In this document: piece after piece, positions 23,111 to 34,625 of the stretch
How the letters are laid out: every line of letters begins with the position of its first letter
Position numbering within the stretch: position 1 is the first letter of the stretch
Assembly: GCA_965235115.1 (NCBI GenBank)
Contig: OZ249436.1
Location: 45,634,001-45,698,000 of the forward strand
Reading direction: 5' to 3'
DNA: 64,000 nt
Origin: Laetmonice hystrix
Taxonomy: Eukaryota
Made by a program: the position numbers and the translations under genes
Notes under the pieces: generated by a model
Seen by the model: only the letters and a program-made list of their open reading frames with translations
What the model was told of the DNA's origin: nothing
Databases searched by the model: none

Positions 23111-24938
23111 CACCCCACGATATGGGGGCCCATGGGGTGTATGTATAGGTTATTCAACGGGTCTGAGGGGTGGTCGCAGGTGATAACCGATTCGAGCGAT
23201 AGCGAGAATCGTTATCACCGCGACCACCCCGAGGATCCAGTTGAATAACCTACATACACCCCACGCGGGAAGATAGTCTGAAAGTGTTTCTGTTATAATT
23301 GTGTAGAATTTTGGGAAATGTCGGGTAATTTTAATGGAAAACTCTGAGCGTGGAATAGCTGCCGCGATAACCACCCCATGGGATGGTTATCGTCGGGATG
23401 AGTAGGCTACCTCGGAGTTACCCCGCGACCATCTCTGAAAATCTAGTTGAATAACTGACATATACACACAAGAGGGGAGAGAGTTTGAAACTGTTTCTGT
23501 TAAAATTGTCTTGAATTTTGGAAAATATCGATAATTTTTACCCGAAACTCTGAGCGTGGAATAGCTGTCGCGATAACCACCATGGGTTGGTTATTGTCAA
23601 GGGGGATTGGCTACCTCGGTGTTACACCGCGACTATCCCTGAAAATCTAGTTGAATAGGCCTAACAGTTACTGACATACAACCATGAGGAAGAGAGTTTG
23701 AACGTGTTTCCGTTAGAATTGTCTAGAATATTGGGGAATGTCTACTAATTTCGAGGAAAAACAAAGCTAGATCTGCGCACATGCAGTGACCGTCTGGGCT
23801 GACGATCGCCACGCCTCAGTGCACTTGCTTGACCACGGTCTCCAAATAGCCCTTGCCCGGTACGTCACGGATGACTACACCGGAGTTATAACGCTACTCA
23901 CCGGTGTACCACGTTTGATGTACCACTCCATTCAACATACCTCCGCTATGTTGAACCTGTTCAAATTACTCCCTCCAGTCACCTCCAGTTTCAGGGTTTG
24001 GGTTAGGGTAAGGATAAGTTAATGGTTATTTTGTCATTAGAAATTGGAGGGGGTCATTTGAACCTAGGTTAAACATAGGGGAGGGGTATATTCTGAATGG
24101 GGGGACTTGAAACTATGTACACCGGCACTGACAGAATGGGCCGTCGGGAGCAAGTCCTGCGGTGACAGGACGGTCTACACTTTTTCACCCGACCGACCGA
24201 CCGATCTTCACCCGAAAGTTCGGACGAAGATCGGGTGGAAAGTTCGGGTGAGAATTTTCCTTGGCGAACTCCACCCGAACTTTTCAACCGACAATGCAAA
24301 TGGTCTACACTTTATAATTTTCACCCGACCGACAAGTTCGGGAGAAGGTCGGGTGGAAAGTTCGGGTAAGAATATTCCTGGCATAAGATCCGAATGAGAC
24401 TGAGAATTCGGGTAACAGTCCGGGCCGATCACCCGACCATTGCTGCACTAAAGGCCCAGAAATACACAGATCGATTTACGGCCGATTTTAAGATACGACC
24501 GATTTTTCTCCATATTTTTTCCAATCTAGCAGTAATTAAGAAATACTGCGCGGATGGTTAAAAAAAATATCTGAACTCGGCCCGACCGCCCGACCAATTC
24601 ACAATTTTCTGAATCACCCGACCATTGCTCGACCAACCGAACTCCACCTGATCGCCCGATCACCAAAGTTCGGGTGCAGATCGGCTAAGTGTAACAAGGG
24701 CTTCAGTGTGGATAAAGAAAAATATGCAAATAATATCATATCACATTACCAACCGCGAGCGATAGCGAGAAAAAAATAACTCATTATTATTCGAAACCTC
24801 CTACCCGAAGAATTCGAGGGAACCGAGAATTCTTGGGGTAGGAGGTTGAGAAAAAAAATCGAGGGGTGATATCGAATGAAGCCCGAGCGAAGCGAGGGTT
24901 TCATTCGATATCAATACGAGAGAAATGAAGGTGGTAGT

Positions 24939-25095
24939 GCGGACGGTGTGGCGGAGTGGGTAGAGCGTTCGCTGACCAGTCCGGCGATCTGGGTTCGAAT
25001 CCGGGAACAGGCAAGCTTTCGTGGTAAAACGACCCGGTTATCCAGAAAGAGTCGCGTGACTGGATATGGGGGCCCATGGGGTGTATATATATATA
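24939..25095 (+). mobile_element. tRNA-derived SINE-like sequence, copy 2
   Basis: Same A- and B-boxes in the second copy of the duplication. Confidence 0.55.
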
Positions 25096-25430
25096 TTAGT
25101 ATAAAATTACTAAATGTGTTAAAATAAAATCTCCGCAGCGTATGCCTCGCCAAATTATAGAGGTGAATTATATAGCGTAGGCCAAATCCTATTAGGTATA
25201 TATTTCGGAGTAGTAAAATTGCCTATAGACTCCTCTTTGCCTACAAAACAGTCCAACAGAGATAGGCCAATCTGCTCGGATACCGACGGCACAGTCATAT
25301 AGTTGTGTAGGCCCCGATCTGTAGGCCTATTCAATCCATGAGTCTATCTCTATTATTTGATAAATCCATTGTGACGGACAGTCTACCATGGACTGGTTCA
25401 TGTACCCCCCCCCCCCCCCCTCTCGCTGAA

Positions 25431-28400
25431 TCACGACGTGGGAATGACACCTGGCGGTTTACTTTCTGGAGGTAGCCGCACTTGGATTGGATCTGGTTTC
25501 TGATCAGCCTCGGGAACAACCAGGAACAATTTCTGCGCGGCGATGGTGATTTCATCTGTAACATATCAATTATGGCTACAAAACTATAGCATAATCATGG
25601 CATAAACTAAGCAAGACCACAGCCAAATTCATGTCAAAATATTAATTTAACGGGCTTGGCGCTAACATCATACATCCAATACGAGATGAGCTTACTGAGG
25701 GCCAGTTCGGGCTTGGCGCTAACATCATACATCCAATACCAGATGAGCTTACTGACCGTGAGTTCGGGCTTGGCGCTAACATCATACATCCAATACCAGA
25801 CGAGCTTACTGAGGGCCAGTTCGGGCTTGGCGCTAACATCATACATCCAATACCAGATGAGCTTACTGAGGGTCAGTTCGGGCTTGGCCCTAACATCATA
25901 CATCCAATACCAGATGAGCTTACTGAGGGCCAGTTCGGGCTTGGCGCTAACATCATACATCCAATACGAGATGAGCTTACTGACGGTCAGTTCGGGCTTG
26001 GCCCTAACATCATACATCCAATACCAGACGAGCTTACTGAGGGCCAGTTCGGGCTTGGCGCTAACATCATACATCCAATACCACATGAGCTTACTGAGGG
26101 TCAGTTCGGGCTTGGCCCTAACATCATACATCCAATACCAGATGAGCTTACTGAGGGTCAGTTCGGGCTTGGCGCTAACATCATACATCCAATACGAGAT
26201 GAGCTTACTGAGGGTCAGTTCGGGCTTGGCGCTAACATCATACATCCAATACCAGATGAGCTTACTGGAGCAGAACTCAATTTCCGTTCTTTATCTTTTT
26301 CTTGGTTTGAAAATCGGAATCGTGAAATTCCAAGCTTTTACACAAGAGTGCCTCTTAATCCTTTATTAATTCTATAAAGGGGCCGATATAGCACGCTTCT
26401 AACGCCCAACGTCTAATCCGGGCTTCATACTTGTTCATCGAAAGTGAGGCCGATACTCACCAACAACACTTCCGGTGCACGTGACCTTTCTCAGACAGTT
26501 AATGACGTAATAGACGGGGACTCCCAGCACGAATATACCCAGACCGACCCCCGCGGTACTGGGGTTCTGGTAAATGCTCAAGCCAATTAATGTTACCATG
26601 ACAACGACCACTAATAGGATGATGAACATCGGTATCTGTTAAAGTATGAACATCCCTTGAAGGTCAAAGGTCATAGTGCAATAATAACAGATGCGATACC
26701 TAGGTGTGAGTTATTTTAAAGGTTATTCCCCCATGATAACTTCCCCACAAAGTGTTTGGGCAGGGTTCGAGTTAAAGTCAGGGATAGGGATAGGGATAGG
26801 ATAGGGATATGTTCTTGGGAGGTGTTAGGGATAAGGTAAGGGCTATGGATCTATACTTTCGACCAAATTTCGTGGGGTATAAGTAATCATGGGCGATGCA
26901 CCATTTTGAAGCCTTTATTATGTGGCCTTTCTGTTTATCGTCACACGTACCTTAAAAGGTGTATGTAAGTTGGGCCTCTTCCATCGTAGGTATATAAGTG
27001 ATACCAAGCCAGTTAGTATCTTGAGTTGGACGGCGAGTGAGGTGTATTGTTGTAATTGTTCAACACTTGGTATCAAACTATAGATAATAGAGAGGAAACA
27101 CTGCAAGTAGAGGTAAATATTTGGTTAATATCGATATATTTTGTGTGCCCAGTTCATTATGATTTGACCGGAGCTTAAAATTTACTCATAGGGCAGTTTC
27201 TGATGATGCAGAAAGGACGGCTCATGATACGATAAGGGTTATTGGGTAAGGGTTCAAGCATTATGAGATTTTATCCCCATCCCCGGGGAAAATTGCCCCG
27301 GAGAATTTCGGGAGAAACAGTTTGTCATGAATATGCGCCTAAAATCTAAGTTACAGACCTTCTTCCACAGGTGGCGCCACCAGTCGTACGGTATAACGTA
27401 AAACATAGGATTCCGCTTACTGAATTAACGTAGGCCTAATCTTGTAACATTGAGATCTGTTCTGGGCCCATATGGTATAAAATGATAATATTACTACCGC
27501 CACCTGTCGGGAAATGTCCTTACCACGACGACGACAGCCGCCACTGGGGTGAGGTAATGACAGTGTATCATGGAGAACAGAGGCGGCACCTGGCGGGTTC
27601 GACCAGCAGCGAATAGATACCTTTAGAACGGGAAAACAGCGTCCCGGGGGTCAGAACAGACATAATTAAATGTTATTAGTCTAACAGATACCTTAGTACG
27701 TGCTATCCTTGGTAGCTAGTCTATACCTTGGGCGAATTTAGTGCTATGCCTTGTATTCCGCAGGGCCTTTACGCCTAAATGCCCTTTAGACAACTACCAT
27801 ACATTGGACCCACACCTCGTGTCCCCTAGGAAACTACCATTGATTGTATCAATACCTCGTGTCCCCTAGGAAACTACCATTGATTGTACCCATACCTCGT
27901 GTCCCCTAGGAAACTACCATTGATTGTACCAATACCTCGTGTCCCCTAGGAAACTACCATTGATTGTACCCATACCGCGTGTCCCCTAGGAAACTACCAT
28001 TGATTGTATCCATACCTCGTGTCCCCTAGGAAACTACCATTGATTGTACCCATACCGCGTGTCCCCTAGTAAACTACCATTGATTGTACCCATACCGCGT
28101 GTCCCCTAGGAAACTACCATTGATTGTACCCAAACCGCGTGTCCCCTAGTAAACTACCATTGATTGTACCAATACCTGGGGTCCCCTAGGAAACTACCAT
28201 TGATTGTACCAATACCTGGTGTCCCCTAGGAAACTACCATTGATTGTACCCAAACCGTGTGTCCCCTAGGAAACTATCATTGGTTGTACCTATACCTCGT
28301 GTCCCCTAGGAAACTACCATTGATTGTACCCATACCTCGTGTCTCCTAGGAAACTACCATTGATTGTACCCATACCGCGTGTCCCCTAGGAAACTACCAT

Positions 28401-31400
28401 TGATTGTACCCAAACCGCGTGTCCCCTAGGAAACTACCATTGATTGTACCCATACGTCGTGTCCCCTAGGAAACTACCATTGATTGTACCCATACCTCGT
28501 GTCTCCTAGGAAACTACCATTGATTGTACCAATACCTCGTGTCCCCTAGGAAACTACCATTGATTGAACCAACACCGCGTGTCCCCTAGGAAACTACCAT
28601 TGATTGTACCCATACCTCGTGTCCCCTAGGAAACTACCATTGATTGTACCCATACCTCGTGTCCCCTAGGAAACTACCATTGATTGTACCAATACCTCGT
28701 GTCCCCTAGGAAACTACCATTGATTGTACCCATACCTCGTGTCTCCTAGGAAACTACCATTGATTGTACCCATACCTCGTGTCCCCTAGGAAACTACCAT
28801 TGATTGTACCCATACCTCGTGTCCCCTAGGAAACTACCATTGATTGTACCCATACCTCGTGTCTCCTAGGAAACTACCATTGATTGTACCCATACCTCGT
28901 GTCTCCTAGGAAACTACCATTGATTGTACCCATACCTCGTGTCCCCTAGGAAACTACCATTGATTGTACCAATACCTCGTGTCCCCTAGGAAACTACCAT
29001 TGATTGTACCAATACCTCGTGTCCCCTAGGAAACTACCATTGATTGTACCCATACCTCGTGTCCCCTAGGAAACTACCATTGATTGTACCAATACCTCGT
29101 GTCCCCTAGGAAACTACCATTGATTGTACCAATACCTCGTGTCCCCTAGGAAACTACCATTGATTGTACCAATACCTCGTGTCCCCTAGGAAACTACCAT
29201 TGATTGTACCAATACCTCGTGTCCCCTAGGAAACTACCATTGATTGTACCAATACCTCGTGTCCCCTAGGAAACTACCATTGATTGTACCCATACCTCGT
29301 GTCCCCTAGGAAACTACCATTGATTGTACCAATACCTCGTGTCCCCTAGGAAACTACCATTGATTGTACCAATACCTCGTGTCCCCTAGGAAACTACCAT
29401 TGATTGTACCAATACCTCGTGTCCCCTAGGAAACTACCATTGATTGTACCAATACCTCGTGTCCCCTAGGAAACTACCATTGATTGTACCCATACCTCGT
29501 GTCCCCTAGGAAACTACCATTGATTGTACCCATACCGCGTGTCCCCTAGGAAACTACCATTGATTGTACCAATACCTCGTGTCCCCTAGGAAACTATCAT
29601 TGATTGTACCCATACCTCGTGTCCCCTAGGAAACTATCATTGATTGTACCCATACCTCGTGTCCCCTAGGAAACTACCATTGATTGTACCCATACAGGAC
29701 AGTGCCACTCCTATAGATATTAGCCAGCTCGTAGGCTCCCCTAATGTCTGTTTGATGAACGTCTTCAAAATAGAAACAAAAAACATTATGTCGCAATGAA
29801 TTATAAAACAACAGTGATACATGTATACAGGGCTGCCTATGTAATCATGCATTTATAGTAGATTCAACGTTGGTAGATTACAGGAGTCTACACAGTGTAA
29901 TACAAATGTATAACAAATCGGGGTGAAACAAAGGACATAGGCCTACATAGGCTACAGGCCTATTTTAAGTTTCACCATTTCAGACGGTTTGAATATCATG
30001 AGACATAGAGCGAGCATGCCAAGACAGACTGGTGGTTAATTCAGTAGGTGGTTACCAAGGCGACGGCGTCTGACTCTAGCAGTTCATCAGAGGTAAGAAC
30101 TGTAAAATAGGCCACATTCGTCAGCACGTACGTCACGGTGACTAACAGCATAGCCATCCATACAGACATGGGCAGGTCCCTAACCCAGCCGACCCAACAA
30201 CACATAAACAATGCATTAAATCACTCAAATAGGTCAATAGAAACAGGATTTCTCTCAGACTTCGCATATTTCATAAGGTGTAACTTCAGAGAAGCAGTGG
30301 ATGTCATCCGTTACGTATGGCGGATGGAATGCTCTTCAGTCTCAATCAGAGTATAATAGGCCGCCTAAAGAGACAGGTATAGGCCCTACCTCTTCGGGTT
30401 TATCATTTCCTCAGGAAGGGCATTCACCAATTCCCTACAGGAAAACACAGAACCAATATGTAGGCTATATAATGTTAAAACTCATCAAAATAGATCCATA
30501 GACTACTTAAACTGTGTGACTGCATCACGTTCTAATAGTTTGTGCATTAGACGAACACCTAGCTGTAACAGCTCCTACATCATGCGATTATTCCAATGTC
30601 TTCAGGATTCCATTTAGGCCAAATTTACAGCGTTGACAATGTTTTGATGGACTGACCAGCCTTTATAGGCGAAGTATCCGTCCAGAGCCGACAGAGCCAT
30701 TGCCCCCGGGTTGGTCGATGTCCCCTCAAAGCCATTTTGGAAATTGGCAGTGTTACCTTGCAACATACGGTAACAATATGAGTGGCGGATTCAGGGGGGG
30801 GGGGGGGGGGCTCGGCCCGCGCCCCCTATATATTTTCCAAACGCTTGACTATTTTCTATGTTTCATGCATAAAAATAATGGAATTTCGTTGAAAGATTTC
30901 GGTGAATTTTTTTACTCTATATGTCCAGAAAACACGTCTCCGACGTTCCTGAAAAAAATCTAGGTGAAGGGCCCCAGACCCCCCGAAAATGGGCCACCGA
31001 TTATCCACCAAAAGGTAACCCACCTTTCCTGAAATCCTGGATCCGCCACTGAATATGTATACATTTGTGTATAGGTCTACAGACACTGACAACATGTGTT
31101 CCTGTTCTACAATGCCATAACATGATTTTGCAGTTTTAACAACGTGTGACGGTTACAAAACCTGTGACGGTTACAAAACCTGTGACGGTTACAGAACGTG
31201 TGACGGTTATAGAACGTGTGACGGTTACAGAACATGTGACGGTTATAGAACGTGTGACGGTTACAGAACATGTGACGGTTATAGAACCTGTGACCGTTAT
31301 AGAACCTGTGACCGTTATAGACGGTTATACAGGGTGTCCGAAAAGTTAATGTGCAGTGGAAAAAAGGTTTAAATAAAATATTATTAAAAGTGAAGTTTTA

Positions 31401-34400
31401 TTTACGATATTGCCGTTTCTCCTACAGTAAATGATGGAAATGTCCCCCAGAGACCTGAAGACAGGTCTGCACACGACGCTGCATATTATTGAACATCTTT
31501 TGGAAGGTGGTGGGAGTGATCTGTTCGATGTAGGCCTATTATTTAAACCTTTTCCCACTGCACAGTAACTTTTCGGACACCCTGTAGCTACTTTGACCCT
31601 GTGGAAGGGTCGAATCGTCAAAGAAATTAGTAGGCCTACTATTTTTTTACTTTCTATAGTACAAGATAATATGACGGTGTGAAAGGGGTTTGAGCAGTGA
31701 GACTACCTTGTATGAGCATGACGATTCCTGTGACAATGATGATACAAAGCGCAATCACCTTGGCTGTGGAAAATAATAACTGCACCTTGGTGCCCAGTCG
31801 GGAACTTGCGATGTTTACAGCCGCGAAGGCAACTTGAAAAAACAACGTAAGCCTCTGATGTAGCAAAGAAGTATTTCTACTCATGTTAGAAGTGACAAAA
31901 CATTTTTGATTAAAGAACAACATGTCATTTAGAGAATCTTAGTAAACGGATTGTCATCCTGGATATAAGTATATCTAATGTAAGTGCATATCATAGCCCT
32001 CCTACTCCTTTTGGATTTGGTCCAACACCACTCAAAATCTGCGCACGCCTATAGTGTGTTTGGTCACATTAAAATTACATTGGGAATTATTGGCGTGCGT
32101 GTGCACGCGCGTGCACGCGCGTGTACGGACATGTCCAGTGTGTTTGGGCCTTAGGGTTTGATCCACTGCGGGTTTCGTGTCACGCCATCAATATGCGACA
32201 AACTGATGATGTACGCGCGTCATGGAGCTCTCTGTCTGCAGTTGTCGCAGGCAAGCTCGGAATGTCGCCTCATGTTTTTGTAGTTGATCAACGTTGACGA
32301 CAATATACGTCATCACAATCATCGCACGCGTGAAAGACTTGTCGCCGAATGCCGTAAAAAAATTCAAACAACTTTGAAAACATTCTGCGACAATCGGCCT
32401 TGGTCGGGTCCCATAAATGTTACGTCAGAATTTAGATAGCCCATAATCACTTATGTCAAATAGAAGTAACCGACGTAACTGACGTAAGGGGCTTATTTCT
32501 ACGCAGGTGGAGCCTGCCTGCGTAACTTCCTAAAATAAGAATTAATATACGAAACTTTGAATTAATGTAGTTTATAATGTTACATCAACATATATGAAGT
32601 TTCATGGTGGCACGAGGAACATACTCTATGTGGTGCCATTAAAGTTTTAATAAAAATTGATGTAGCGTTGAAATAAAGGCCCACATCACGCCAAGAGGCG
32701 GGCCTACGTCAAATCGGTATAAGAAGTAGCATTCTACTTCTTACGTCAACGCTACGTCAATTTTTAGGCAAAAATTTATGGGCCCCGACCCTTGACGCAG
32801 CATGTCTCTGTATAGGCCTACCTTGATTTTGTTGCAGAGAGCTGCCAGTAGCCTCAAGATGTCGTAAGAGATTGAAATGTCTTAAACTATCGCAGGAAGG
32901 CTCGAAATGGTTGGAAATCTTGTCTCAGGAAGCTGCAGATTGTCATCTCGCATGTCGTCAATTGTGATTTGGTACGGTATAGATGGTCGTTAAGCGGGTT
33001 ATATCTATTTTTACAGCAATTTCTAACTATAGTTTATAATTATGACGCCGGCACTGAAATGGTTCGGTTTTGTCAGACATTTAATCCTGCCGTTAAACCA
33101 TATAGGCCTAGGCAAGGGGTGCCATACTGGATATATCTAATGTAAGTGCATATCATAGGCCTGCCATTCCTAGACATACCGTCAAGACGGTATTTTTGGG
33201 GAGGCTCATTCTCATGACATGGAACACAGAAAGATCGGTACGAATAATGGACTAGTAGTATTAGCTACTATAGTAAATAGGCTAGTGGTAGGCCTACTAC
33301 TATACTAGCCTATGTAGCGAACTCCTCTACGTGCTAATTTGCATATCAAACCCATATTACCGTCATTAGGCCTACTTTATATGCGAAACTACTGCATGCT
33401 GAGTTAAAAAAAAATTACATTTTCCTGTGCTCTTTGTATTCTTACCAAACCACGAGGTCGACACCGTTGCTGGCCCAGTAGCAATTGTTTACAAATGACC
33501 AAGTGCCTGTGTTGTTCGTCAACAGGAGCCGGAGGGTGAAGAAGGGAAAACAATACGAGCCAACAGAAAGAACGACCTCTAGAACGATCTTAGCACTAAC
33601 AACTTGACCTTAATGGACGAACTTAAGTGACCTTGCACCTCTCCGACAGCGAGACCAGGGCGACTAACACTCCCGATCTATTGTCTATGTTGTGTTAATG
33701 GAATCTGTGGGATCTATCAGCTGACCACTTCATGCGGCAACCTTACACGTTTAGCTGTCACCTTGTGTATGTATGCAGGTGACTCCTGATCACGATCTTG
33801 GCGTAGGTGCTGCCACCTACTGTGACCTGAAGACATTACCGGTCCACTGTTAGCGGATCAAATCTGTTCGAACAGAATGTGGTTGGAACGCAGCCAGTTT
33901 CCTTTTATTTAGATAAACTTGTGAACAGATGTTACATGAATAGATCAAAGAGAAGAAGACGAGGAGGAAGAGGAAGAACGAGAAGAAGAAGAAGAAGAAG
34001 AAGAAGAAGAAGAGGTAGAAGAAGTAGAAGTAGAAGAAGAAGAAGAAGAAGAAGAAGAAGAAGAAGAAGAAGAAGAAGAACGAGAAAAAGAACAGGAAGA
34101 AGGAGAACGAGGAGAAGAATAAGGACGAGAAGAAGAGCGAGAAGAAGAGCGAGAAGAAGAAGGACGAGAAGAAGAAGAACAAGAGGGAGGAGGAGAAGAA
34201 GAAGAAGAAGAAGAACAAGAAGAAGAGGTAGAAGAAGTAGAAGTAGAAGAAGAAGAAGAAGAAGAAGAAGAAGAAGAAGAAGAAGAAGAAGAAGAACGAG
34301 AAAAAGAACAGGAAGAAGGAGAACGAGGAGAAGAATAAGGACGAGAAGAAGAGCGAGAAGAAGAGCGAGAAGAAGAAGGACGAGAAGAAGAAGAACAAGA

Positions 34401-34584
34401 GGGAGGAGGAGAAGAAGAAGAAGAAGAAGAAGAAGAAGGAGAAGAATAAGAAGAACAAGAAGAAGAAGAAGAACAAGAGGAAGAAGAAGAACAACAAAAA
34501 GAAGAGCGAGAACGAGAAGCAAAAGAAGAAGAGGAAGAAGGACGAGAAGAACAAGAAGAACGAGAAGAAGAAGAAGAAGAAGAA

Positions 34585-34625
<41 letters not shown>

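Larger units (their letters stand above)
21165..25095. repeat. Near-identical head-to-tail duplication of a ~1.97-kb composite repeat unit (21165-23110 and 23139-25095)
   Basis: The same sequence and the same small ORFs recur with an offset of 1974-1986 nt (21176/23150, 21800/23786, 22891/24876). Confidence 0.92.

Noticed and set aside
25634..26369. 19-aa repeat ORFs on both strands, or an alternative last exon of SLC7
   Set aside because: 57-bp intronic minisatellite. The family-typical terminal exon (DEITIAAQKLFLVVPE) lies at 25555-25431.
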